Below are positions 11,059-23,325 of a stretch of DNA of 64,000 bases, one piece after another; positions within the stretch are counted from its first letter, which is position 1, and every line of letters starts with the position of its first letter. The stretch covers positions 6,076,001 to 6,140,000 of the forward strand of contig NC_134029.1 in NCBI RefSeq assembly GCF_964204645.1, in the 5' to 3' direction. The stretch is from Tubulanus polymorphus (Eukaryota; Animalia; Nemertea). The notes beneath the pieces were generated by a model. The model saw only the letters and a list, made by a program, of their open reading frames with translations. It searched no databases and was not told the origin of the DNA. Both the position numbers and the translations under genes were made by a program.

Positions 11059-14000
11059 CTAAAAATGATGGCTACTACCATTGGCTTCTTCCGTGAGGAA
11101 ATACATGTACATGGGCCAGTACGCCAGATTGAACAGGATAAAAGTTCCGGGGAAAAGGATTCTTGAAATGGCATCTAATCGTTTGGCTACTTTAGTCAAC
11201 ATCAGGTAACAACTGTGGTCCGTTTTGTTGATCTCGACGTCGTCGTTATCTCCCACTGCCCCGTTCGACGACCCGCCGAGTTTCGATCCCTCTGGAATGA
11301 GCATTGTCTGCAAAAAAGAGCAAAATGATCGTTATAACAATATCATCACCGACAATTAGAAAAACGACAATATTCATCAAGATTGGCAGGTGCCCACCCG
11401 TGTTGTGCATTTTGATAGTTATAGTAATAACAATATCAATATTATTCATCAAAATAATCATATTCATAAAAGATCGAAGATATATTGAATTCTAGTGTGC
11501 GTGTGTATTTATATTCACATCGACGAAAAGTGAAATTAAGTGCTTGGAGATAGAACTTAAAAAATCATCGACTAAATTACAAAAGATCGATGTTGAAGTA
11601 ACTACCCACAACCGACAGATAGATAGTTTCGTTAAGTTAGCTAGATTTGCAGACTAAAAATAGGATATGCATAGGTAAAAGTGTTGTGAGAGTAAGTGTT
11701 GTGAAGCAACATGGTTTTTTGGTGAGAATTGGTTAGAGAAATTTCAGTGTTCCCATTAGATTGAAAACAGACGTTAACGTTACATGAAAGCTCCTCGCTT
11801 ACCAAGGGATTACACTATAGGTAACGTTCATGAGACGTAATATCAGTGTATTTTTTGGTAATACGAGGTACTTTTTTGTTCTCCCATGGGAAGCGAGGGA
11901 TTTGAATATTACTACTAACCATGGCACAGCCATCGCCAGATTCCGACATGCTTCGACCCTATTACAGAAAATCATTTAGTTTAAAGCCTTTTAACTTGTA
12001 AAAACAAACTAAGTGCATACATTGAGAAATGATACTTTGGGAAATATAAGATTTTAAGCAGAAATATTTTAGAGAAGTTTTATTTCATTTCAATGCATTT
12101 AGTAGATTTTGAATTAGATATTGATATGTTATAGTCGATACTCATGATTTATTTGATATTTCTTTCTAAAGAGATTTTACTTTTAGATTTTTAATGACGA
12201 TGCCATCTATGGTACTTTAACACATAGATATATCTAAAGAATGAATATATATTCTCCGAACCTTTACATGAGCGGGAGACGTGTTGACCTTCCTTTGCTT
12301 TCTCACGATGGTCGTGGCGAGCGCGTACTCAAGAAGAGCAGCGAAGACGAAACAGAGACAGGTCGCCAGCCACACGTCCATCGCCTTGACGTAAGATACT
12401 TGCGGCATCGCGGAGTTGGCGTTGGCACTTTGCGTAGTTATCGTCAAAACAGTCAATACACCGAGCGACACACGGGCCGGCGCTGCGTCCACGTCCAACC
12501 AAAAAGACACCCACGATACAACGACAACCAGCGCACTGGGCACGTACAGTTGTATCAGATAATATATAAACTGTCTATGCAGGAATATTTTGATTCGAAT
12601 TCCACTCCAATTGCCTGAATAAGAAATGGGTAAAAGATGATCTCCGAGAAGAAAATCTCATATGAGATCAATCAAATTTATGAATCAACCAACGTAACTA
12701 ATAGAACAAAATGCACCAGTTTACTGTAAGGTTGGACAGTCAAATCGTACAGAGTACTGGAAGTAACTTCTAGTACTCCTGTACTAGGACCCCTGCACGA
12801 TTTGATCGTCCAATCGTCCAGAAGAGAACGATTGAGTACCTGGTCTGTACATTCCGTTATTGATGTACGAATCAAGTTGTGGATCACCTTCGAAGTTAAA
12901 TTTCGACAATTGCATTTTAGGATTGACGACGACGGCGTGTTCTTCTTCTGTTGTCCACGAATAAATCAAATCGTTCGCTGGCAGGATATCTATCGGGAAA
13001 TAATTGGGAAAATAGGTTTTTAACAGCCCCTCGTTTCTACTAATCGTCAACGTTTGGTTCGTTCTTGAATGGAAAGCGAACGTGTTCAGCATTCAAGATA
13101 GTATTATCGATGTTTATACAGATGGATAGTTTACTATCGCCCGATTGTAGCGTACACGTACACTACACAACCCATAGAACGCCATCCAGGGCATTGTACT
13201 GACAACGACGTGAGTTTTTCTTTTTGTCTAATGGAAGTGATGGGAATGAGAGGCTAAGAACAACCATCGAGCAAGAAACTTAGGATCAGACCCGCGGATT
13301 GACGAGAAAAAAATTCTGATGGCATATGCCATATTCTACCACTGTGCAAAATATTAATGTAGAAATCTTACTAAGTAAATGATAAAGCACTTTGTAAAAA
13401 AACTATGCGCGACAGCTCTCTTCGTTTTCGAATAGCTTTAAAAGAAGTAAAAATTCCTGAATAGGAAGTCAAATTCTATGAAATACAGTATAAAAATCAT
13501 AGCTAAAATCAATGCTCATTTTTCGATGACTTACTGCTTGGGAATTCCATTTCTAAATCAAGTGTGCGTATTTATTATAATGCGGTATATAAAAGGCTTA
13601 TCATTCCAATAAACTGCAAGATTTAATAGGTCCCGTGCGTACCAGTAATATGCTTCAATGAATCTAGAACATGTATCGCATTAATGTAATCTAATAATCG
13701 TAAAGTATTTATGCCAGCTCTAAAGGTCGTATATTTAGATAATTCGAATTCATTTGGCCTTGATTTGGTTTCATTATTTTCATTATTTGGTACTGAGTCT
13801 ACGAGTCAAAGCCCATCCCCTCGACAGGGATTCGAACCTGATGGCATCGCTGGATACCCTGCCATACTAGCCCTGCGGTCTAGTGGGGCTGGTTTCGTAC
13901 TGCGGCGAGTTTCGATGCCATCAAGTTTTAATCCCGGCCGGGCGTGGACGGACAAAATCGTGCGCTAATCGCATTGATTAAGTTATGTCGCAACGAAAGA

Positions 14001-17000
14001 CTTACAACTTTCGATGTTGAGTGAACATTGCTGATCATCCATCGGGTAGTTGAAAAATTCCATTGGGCACGATATTCCAACAGTCAATCTGAAAAGAATG
14101 CCTATCGAAAGAGTAAAACGATGTATATATATATATATTACAAAGGCCGAGAGAGGGGAGGAAGATTGAGGGGAAGATTGATGATCTTGAGATTGATTGA
14201 TGAGGGAGAGGGAGGGGGAGGGGGAGAGGGAGGGGGAGGGGGAGAGGGAGGGAGAGGGAGAGGGAGGGAGAGGGAGAGGGAGGGAGAGGGAGAGGGAGAG
14301 GGAGAGGGAGAGGGAGAGGGAGAGGGAGAGGGAGAGGGAGAGGGAGAGGGAGAGGGAGAGGGAGGAGGGAGAGGGAGAGGGAGAGGGAGAGGGAGAGGGA
14401 GAGGGAGAGGGAGAGGGAGAGGGAGAGGGAGAGGGAGAGGAGAGGGAGAGGGAGAGGGAGGGAGAGGGAGAGGGAGAGGGAGAGGGAGAGGGAGAGGGAG
14501 AGGGAGAGGGAGAGGGAGAGGGAGAGGGAGAGGGAGAGGGAGAGGGAGAGGGAGAGGGAGAGGGAGAGGGAGAGGGAGAGGGAGAGGGAGAGGGAGAGGG
14601 AGAGGGAGAGGGAGAGGGAGAGGGAGAGGGGAGAGGGAGAGGGGAGAGGGAGAGAATCATCGGTTCGTCGTAATTACACACTTGCTAATATTTTCATCGA
14701 GTTGAAGTGCCGATACACAGTCCTTATGGTCGTTAATTTTGATTTTGTCTTCGTGATGTGATCGGCTTGTAGAATGCACGACTCGCCTGATTACTCCTCG
14801 AGGAACGCGACAGGAACTGGATAAGTATCCCCGCGCTAGATCGCGTCGAATGGCGGCGCATTGCAAAATAATCCCACAGGTGTGAGGGAATGATACTGAT
14901 TTGCATATTGCCTGTTTCGGTTTTAAATCGTTTTCGAATCCTGCTTAATGGCTTGCTTTTCGACAGCAGCTTCCGAGCCTGTCATTACAAGTAGACTCTT
15001 GAGACTATCATTTCGAGAAAGGATTTCCAAAAAATCCCCATAAAATTTCCATATAGTCGGTGGTGTCTACATTTTGCAAACAAACATCGACATGTTTTGT
15101 GACCTAAAGTAAGATTTAGTAACTGTTAGCAGGCGTCCTGGGAACGAAACTGTTAGAATAAATCTTGAAGTTTTATTCCGAGTTGGCTACTATACTAGCT
15201 CACTAAATCGGACGTAAAATTTTCATTTTTTGCTAATGTCGTAAGGACGGATCCGAAGAGTCCAATTCCACAGGTCATGGCTCGAAAATTAAGTCACAGT
15301 ATGTGGAACTGGGTCTCCTTTAATGCATTTTTCAGCAGGTTGGCGCGGACTTCACACATTTGAATTTCATTCCATTTTCATGGCTTACATTCGAAGCAGT
15401 GAATATTACATTTGAATATCCCTTTATTCATAAGGGTATTTGCAGTTGTTTGAATAACAGTTTATCGCGTGATGAATCAAACTAATTAGATCATCTGAAA
15501 ATCCGTTTACAACGCATTATAGCCGTCAAGCGCGATACGACCGACGAGGGGGTTTCGCTACGTGTTAGGATTGCGCAAGTGTCGACGTATCTAATTGATA
15601 TTCCAATGTGTTACCAGTTGGCTAAATCACGTTAACAGTCGTCGCCTGAGCCCATAATTAACTGTTATTGAGTTTACCGCAAGGTGTCGAAATATATTTT
15701 ACGACTGCGCTAGAAAGTTTTGTGAATGCCTGACAATTAAATGTTAACGATCGATGGTTGAGTGGAAACTAAAAGCAATATACCAAAAGCGAACGCGCAG
15801 CCGGTGTTTGAAAATTGAAATATTTGCATCTACGTGCGTATACACGATAATGGTAGCTTTAAACTATACATCGAGAAAAAATAAAAGAACACATTTTTTA
15901 TCCCAATCGTATGATTATATGCAAAATTCTATCCTCTTACCGCATACTATTGGTGACGTGACCATTACGATTGATGTAAAGAGCTCTGGTTTTGCTGATT
16001 ACTGAATGGACTCTGACAAACTTGGCTGTGGGAAAGTACGGGTCCGGCTGCCAGAAGGAATCGATCATATCGCCGTTTATCGAGAGCATGTGCTCGGAAA
16101 AATTCGCCAATCTCCGGTCCATCCATGATTGTCGTATGATGAAGTCCATATTCATTTCCTATAGGATGATACACGTGAATATAGAATTCCTAAACGAACA
16201 AACTACAAGCTCATACGAAAAGATAGAAGCTTCGATATCAACATTCAAGATGCGGGAGTGGTTAGGAGCGACGAAAACGGATGTTTTGTACATTCTAAAA
16301 TTGTATTGGTTCAACTAAAAGATGAAACATCACAACAAAAGAATGGATCTTGGATAGAGAGTTCAAATAGTTGAAAATTCATAGAAGCCAAAAGCAGTAC
16401 TAATCTCATGTTCTAATGAGTATAGAAATTTATTCTAGCAAACGTTTAAAAATTACATCACTTGCGCTATGCCTGAAGAGGGGAAATTGTAACTCCCCAA
16501 AACATTTGCTAGAATGAATTCATTAACTCATTAGAAAATGAAATTAGAACTGTTTTTACTTCTATAGATTATCACAAAAGATATGTATATGAATATAATG
16601 AAGTATAATAATACATTCGTTAATCATTCGATCGTGTTTTGGAGTATTGTGGTTTCTAGGGGTGAAAACGAAATATAATTACTAATTCTAATGAACAACG
16701 AATATTTCAATGCTCACACTGGTCCGGACATGTGTTTTCTGAAATAACTCATAGTTCAGTAAATAAAAACGCCGAGGGAAACGTGAAGTGTTGCTTGTGC
16801 TTTTTGTTATCTACAGTTCAACGACTGGAAAACCTGCAGCTCGTCAACGTTTCATATAAAAATCAGTTTGAAATGTTAACTGTATGTTCTAACAATATAT
16901 CATTTTATAAGCGAGTAGCAATAAATGCTATACATAGATATAGATCCAGAACTATAAAAGTATCACTTCATCAATCAGGGCAAACGCGATCAATTTGAAA

Positions 17001-18993
17001 TAATCGAACTTATACAACGACTGTCGGCTTCGTTCAACAAAACATATTACTGTAGTGTTTACCGACTGCAATCAACCACCAGCAGTCTACGTACGGATTT
17101 CTATAACATGTCACAACTGATTTCTCGCAACAGACGGATTGATTAATATATATATAGATTGAATTTCTGCCGTCGTCTACTTACCATATTAACCTCGTCT
17201 ATAGCGCTGATATCATTGATGTAGGCACTCACGTGTACCTCCGTTGTTTTCTCTGAAAAAAAGAGTATAATTTTCTATTACCACAACGGAATTTTCCTAT
17301 TTTACATATTGGTAGTTCTGTTTAAGTTGTTTGCTGATATTTCTTTTTATTTTGGATGGAAGCGATCTTACTGTCATGTTTGCCGGGATGAGCGTATTTG
17401 TCGTAGTGAATATTAGATAGTTTCTCTGTGAGATGATCAGATTCCAGTACAGAATTCACCGGGCTGTGAAACGTGCTGAAATGAAAATGGATACGACGTC
17501 GAGTAGCCAGATACCAATATTGACCTATTCCGCTACTTCTGATATTTCTTTCCCTAGTCATCAATATGCTAAGCGCTAATGAGCTTCCTACTTTTTGCAT
17601 ACATGTACTCGATAGCGACCGTTGAATAATGACATTTCATTTCGTTCGCGACAAAATCTTTCCAAATTCGTATAATTACTTGGATATAATTGGATTGCAA
17701 TATTGGAAGAATTCGAGTGTCAACCTTCGTCAATAGTATTCGTAGTATTGATTAACATCTAGAAGCACCGTTGAGGATAATTTTTTCCCGGGTCATCAGC
17801 GGACCCGGGCGACCGGCGGAAAAACGAAACCTTTTCAAACTTTTGTGAGCACAATCGCTCCGTGTAACTTGATTTGGGATTCAGTTAATGGAAGGATATC
17901 AAATCATCCGATAGCGTGGATCATCATCGACTGACAGAAAAATGATACGCCTCCGACCTCTTATGCTAGGAATACAAACAATTATCGCGACTTGTAATTT
18001 GGGATTTAATCGATGGGACATAGATAGCACCAATGCCGTTAGACGCCATCTAATAGTGTATATATAGGAATGGTGAAGAGAGCCTGAATGAAATAATAAT
18101 GCTGAGCATACGTATACTGATTCCGGACGAGGAAAATGATATATGGACAAAAAATCTGAAAAGGTCTACACACAATGCACAATCGAGACTGCTACTACTT
18201 GACGAATGGTTTCAACTGAATGATTAGAGATAGCTCAATCAATTCCGACTTCATCGAATGGCGGAGTTGCAGGAACGTATAATCGACTTCCGTTCGGTCT
18301 ATTTCCGCTTATTCAGAAGCAATGCAAGAGGGGATATTGCAAAATAACAGCGATTCGAGTTCGTGCAGTCGTCAAGTAAAGAATCGTTTGACATTTCGTG
18401 CGATCATTCAACGTGGCATCAATAATGCTGCGTTATCGATAAAAAGGAATGATTGTAAATTTTTGTATCTTCATAACAACCTTTGAAGAAGCTCTCAATG
18501 GATATTTACTGTAGGCCTTCATCGCCATATGGTACCATATGTTCCAATATATATGTATACAAATATATATAACGCAAATATATAATATCTTTATATATTT
18601 GCGTTAATACTTAGCCGAAAACTGAAACTCATAACCCCAAAGATTATTGGCAGGTCTAATGATGACGATGAATGACGACTTTTTGGCGTGCCGTGAAATG
18701 TATACAAAATGAGAAAAATGCCGGAAAAAAATCCAGAAGCAGTCCAGAAAGAAGGCCATCAGGCTGTATGCGATCCGATAAACCAGCTCTCCGGAACGGA
18801 TTCTCGTAAACAATGAAATGAAACATTCTCATTAAAGGACATTATTTCTCAATAAACCTTGAGTTATAAAGTCTTTAGTGTTTGCATATACGACTTACCT
18901 TAGAACAACCAACAGTATGAAAATAGGTCTTTTTGTTGTGGCGGTAATCTGCTGGCTACAGTCACGGTTTGCATGGTTATTTCTCAACTCCAT
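11059..18993 (-). CDS. Cys-loop ligand-gated chloride channel subunit (GlyR/GluCl/GABA-A family), divergent, LGIC-A, ~437 aa: complement(join(11059..11307,12268..12614,12840..12989,14006..14088,15941..16158,17185..17252,17372..17475,18899..18993))
   Basis: Hydrophobic leader [10 protein letters not shown]; [12 protein letters not shown]; WQPDPYF; Cys-loop [15 protein letters not shown]; M1 [23 protein letters not shown]; M2 [21 protein letters not shown]; M3 [24 protein letters not shown]; M4 [21 protein letters not shown]. All introns are GT..AG with consistent phases. Alternative in-frame splice sites are possible at donor 12262 and acceptor 17463. Confidence 0.93.
11318..11480. repeat. Low-complexity (ATA/ATC/ACA) degenerate trinucleotide tract in the last intron of LGIC-A
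   Basis: Runs such as ataacaatatcatcacc and atagtaataacaatatcaatattattcatc. Confidence 0.5.
13805..13950 (-). mobile_element. tRNA-related SINE-like relic
   Basis: Pol III B-box GGTTCGAATCC on the minus strand (13838-13828) inside a T-arm-like stem CAGG-TTCGAAT-CCCTG. GC-rich island in an AT-rich intron. No complete cloverleaf seen. Confidence 0.55.
14202..14654. repeat. (GAGAGG)n polypurine/polypyrimidine microsatellite, ~450 bp
   Basis: Directly visible hexamer tandem array with a few indels; intronic to LGIC-A. Confidence 0.98.
15258..15317. mobile_element. Short internally deleted MITE of the CCAGTTCCACA-TIR family
   Basis: gagtccaattccaca ... tgtggaactgggtctc; ends resemble the copies at 44460 and 55675. 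Confidence 0.5.
16376..16570 (+). mobile_element. Penelope-like element terminal-repeat relic: ~70-bp inverted arms around a decayed minimal hammerhead ribozyme motif
   Basis: Arms 16376-16447 and ~16500-16570 are imperfect reverse complements. The centre reads CTGAAGA(16473-16479)-GGGGA-aattgtaac-TCCCC-AAAAC, i.e. CUGANGA, stem II, then a mutated GAAA. Confidence 0.55.
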
Positions 18994-20276
18994 TCTCTAC
19001 TGTAAACTCTGATCATCGTCCCTGCAATGAAGACGAAACGATTATGTTGACACTTTTAGCACTGTTACTTATGAAAAGAAAAAAAAATGTTATATATACT
19101 CGTCCAGCATCAAAGGGCGTAGAAGGTATTCACACGCATTATAACCCGGCCAATCGCCTTTGATCAAACAAATGGCCTTATTTGCGGTTTCTATTTCTTG
19201 TAGATTGACCGCGGTGCTAACTCGGTTAGAGACCTCAGTCACATTTCTACGTCTCGCGCCGAAATGTGACCGAGGTTTCTTGCCTTTAAACGTTAAGAAT
19301 ATCGTCGACACAATGTTCCTCACCCGCATATCATATTATATTATATTATATTATATTATATGTAATACTTATCACAGATAATCCCTGCAGAACACTACGT
19401 TTTGTCGCTAGTTAAAATGCTCCACATAGTTAAATACCCATTTTTATTGCGGCTTATAATGTTAGCATCCAACACCTGCACCTGCCAGAGATGATTGTTT
19501 ATGATACGTAGGTACGTTAAATATCATATATAATATAAGTGTGGATTCTGAGTAATCGTTTTAGAAACTCGAGAATTCTAAAACAAGTTCTGGGATTGCT
19601 CCGATGCACGTATCAGTTTTCAAAAGTGTAGTGTTTATTTCGTCATTAATCAGGTGTATGCAGGTTGCTAATGAAGACATAGCACTTTGTCGATGTCGTA
19701 ATTAACTTAATACTTCTTCGAGAAAAGAATATTTTACGAAGCGATAGAAGACACGCCAAGTTCTCATTCCGCAACGGTTGTTTAAGTATGTAAACGGCGT
19801 TTTTGTCGACATGAATGTGTATGGGATTCTTCGAAAATAGGAGTTGCCGGTTCATCAAAACTTAGAATCAACACGAGCAAATGTAAATTGAATTGCTGAA
19901 TTGCCGAATTAACGGCATCTTGTCACACGATCGAAGAATCAAACTGACACTATCGGTAAAACTAGTGATGCGTCTCGTCAGTCACCGAGGACCCAATTTG
20001 ATGCGTAGCTTGAAAGTTGAACGAAGAGCCGTTGGATTCAATTGAAACCTTAATCAATTGCTCAACTGGAATTTCATCATAAATTCTTATCACGACGTAA
20101 TTCGTCGGCACTGCCCGCATTGTGTTCTAATTTCACGTTAATCGAAAAACAGTTCGATAACGATCTAAAAATTAGTTAGAACGTTTAATCTTTAGACCAA
20201 TGTTCGTTACTATTAACTATACAGTTCCCCAGTGTCGGATACGTTTGACCAGGTGCGCAATAATTAAGCCTGGAAC

Positions 20277-20535
20277 GGCTGTTCACACGGGTCCGTGTTT
20301 AAATTGGCCCATGCCTTTTTGACCTGGGCCACAAATTTGGCCCGACCACAAACGTCGGACAAGACCCGAGCCAAATTCGAGCACGGGTCAAATTATTGCG
20401 TATGAAATGTAACTGGTTCCGGAAATGACTCGCTTCGCTTTGTTTAAAAGCATTGTTTAGTATCGAGTGAGTGGTCTGCGTGTGAACGCGCTCTCCAATT
20501 AGGTACGGGCCAAATCGTCTCCGTGTGATTACGGC
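20277..20535. mobile_element. MITE-like element with GGCTGTTCACACGG-type ends and internal GGGCCAAAT repeats
   Basis: Left end ggctgttcacacgg; right end ccgtgtgattacggc. Several (g)ggccaaat/atttggccc internal motifs. A related fragment lies at 23935-23975. Confidence 0.6.
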
Positions 20536-23246
20536 TGACGATTGGTGCATTTGCTATGATTTAAGGGCGGCGAATTTCGACCCTGAACTGCGAAGGTCGG
20601 CGAAATAACGATTACTGTCCTAGTGTGATGAATCGATGGCCAGATGTAAAGTTTGATTAGCGATAGCGTCGCACATTTTGGGGCTTTGTATCAGATGAGA
20701 TGAACGTCCCTCGGGACGACTATAACAAAAACAACAGAGAACTCCGGAATTCCTGACTAGCGCATAATATTCTCGTTATACCGAAGGAGATAAACTTCCG
20801 TCGGATAAATTGCATAGGTATTCTTTGAGCATGTAGATGTTTCCGGGAGCATTGGCTAATCGGAATGTTTTAACGATTGATTTTCCGTCCTCGCGGTGGC
20901 GGAAAAATAAACACCAGTAAAGTAGATAAGACAGACAAAGACTAGTGTAATAAGGTTAGTCTGTTTTATCATCAGACCTGTCAATATTTGACGTCCTATT
21001 TTATACAAATGAAAGCGAGCTCGTGCTGTTTAAGATCTATTGAAACACACGGCAGATTGCTCTTATTCGTCGTTTTCCTTTGACTGCTAAAAGCTTTTTG
21101 AACACAAACAAAACCAAGTCGGGTTTCACTTTCGGTTATACATGTAGAGCTATTCACACTTGAAAACAGAAGTGACTTTTTACACACATATCGATCGGAA
21201 ACCCGCGATGTTGGAAAAAAATGAAGTAGGGAAACGTTCGGCACAACGAAGTAAGGAAATGATGCGTTATATTTATAGCACGCACGGAGAGGTTGTGTAA
21301 GGTGTCACATAGATGAGATTTTAATGTCTGTCCGGGTAATATATCCATCATTAGGGACTCAGCTAGAAATATCACCTGCCGTGGACGATAGGTATGTATG
21401 GGAACGATAGGAATCATTATCTACTTCCTGGTATTCATTACGACAGACATGTCTAAAGGGGACGATGAGTGGGCCCGTTTCTGGAGAAGTTTTCACCTGC
21501 GTGGTGACAAATAGACCAGAGAAAATCGAAGCCATCGATTGACGTGACTGGACAACATAATGGAGAAAATACCTCGGGGATAATGTGACAAATGGCCACT
21601 TTATTACAATCGAGAAGGTGCAAAAATACAACGCATATATATCTATCAGAAAAGAAACGCAGAAAGAATATGCGCGCTTCGAGAACGGAGCGGAATAGGA
21701 TTCGAACGCGTGAAGTGTGTATTATAAGGTAGGTTGGCAAATTGATGGTAAAAACCGCTGGAAAAAGAAATGAAAGAATAAAAAGTTAACGAGATAGTCT
21801 TCCGCTTAGTCTCTACGGAGACATTACACCTTTATGATGTCACGCTATGTTTATCATGAATACAGAATGGATTCAGTACAAAACCGACATTAGACGACGA
21901 TACTTGTCTTTCGGGGAAGAAACTAAAGAAGTCAAGGAGCTGTATCTATTTCGTTTCGAAATCCACCCCTCGCGGGATCATAAACGATTTGATTCAAAGG
22001 AAAATCGCTGGGTCAATTATTCTCGATGTATCGAAAGGAATTCTCTTTGGCACTTCGGTGAGATGATAATGGCGGGAGATAAATAATGTAAGACATTTTT
22101 GAGACGAAAATTAGCATCAGACGTCGCCAACGCCAATCTCGGAGGTTGTGAACTTCAAGCACCATTCACCACCTAGATACATTTCTATTTTCATTTAATT
22201 GCATACACAGCGCAAAAAAATATGTAATTCGTGTGACAAGATGAGGAATTGATAACCGGCGATTTCTAAGTGTTTCGCGACCGTCCATAAAATCCAAGCC
22301 AACGTCTGCAATAAACATAAAGTGCCTCTTAGCGACTTTTATAGCTACCGCATTGCATTACTTCAGCGGAGAGGGGAAAAACATCGAGGAAACATGTTGA
22401 ACTGCAGATGAGTCGTCGTGTCCGTGTTACAGTGAATGTCGTCTCGAGATATCTCTGGGGATTCGTGTGCTGACCATTCGGAGATCAAACAGGTTCATTT
22501 CGGTAGAATTTTGTACGAATGGACGGAGATTGCTCAGGGAATATCAAAAGGTTTTTGATGCGTAGACAGACAGAGAAAATCCTATAAACAGCGGATGCTT
22601 GGATAAACTGAAAAATATGAATATTTCAAAAAATGCTTCGGAACTCGAAATCCAACCATAGGTTACAGTCGATATAAGGGAACGTTGATGATATTTTTTA
22701 AATGCGTTCATAGAATATTTGAAAATACTTAACAATAACCACGTACACATGGTAAATTCAACTTATGGACTCTAAAACCAATTGATGATGCCCTGTTTCC
22801 CAACTTGCATATAATTCATCCGTGCGGACGGACGCGTAAATGGCCATAAATATTTTAGTATCGGCACATTTTCTAGTAATTTGTAGCACCTGTTATTTCT
22901 GTATGGTTCTATAATTGAATAGTTTTAGAACATTTCAAACATATTCATACAGTATATCAATGAAAATATAGCATTACAACTGAGCGATTACTGACGACTG
23001 ACTCCTAATGAATTCCAATCCTATACCTTCCATGAAACGAAAAGCCGCAGAGCCAAGCATAGGAAATCAATCCTGCATGTTTTCGGTTGCATACACGATA
23101 GAACCGAATTAAGGATTCTACGTAGCATATAGCGAGGGATGGTCTTAAACAAACGTTGAAGTGAATCTTTGTCATTATGATACTGTCGGGTGCAATTCTT
23201 TAGCATATAATCAGGTGTACCAAACATAATCCCCAGACCCCAATTT

Positions 23247-23325
23247 TATAGACAGGTGTCAACTTGAAACCGTGGGCTGACTCCATTCATTTTTAATTGA
23301 GATTAAAAGTTGACACCAGTTTATA
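23247..23325. mobile_element. Small MITE-like inverted repeat
   Basis: tatagacaggtgtcaactt vs aagttgacaccagtttata (reverse complement tataaactggtgtcaactt), 17/19 identical. Confidence 0.55.

Noticed and set aside
13805-13900. Functional tRNA gene
   Set aside because: Only the B-box/T-arm is recognisable; no D-arm, anticodon arm or acceptor stem could be built. The same applies to 60350-60420.
13983-14705. Long SP-, RG- and EG-repeat ORFs (232, 225 and 158 aa)
   Set aside because: Artefacts of the stop-free (GAGAGG)n tract; only 14006-14088 is a real exon.
17780-17810. Minus-strand CTGATGA..GAAA as a hammerhead ribozyme
   Set aside because: No proper stem II or III; better explained as an 8-bp hairpin CCCGGGTC/GACCCGGG.
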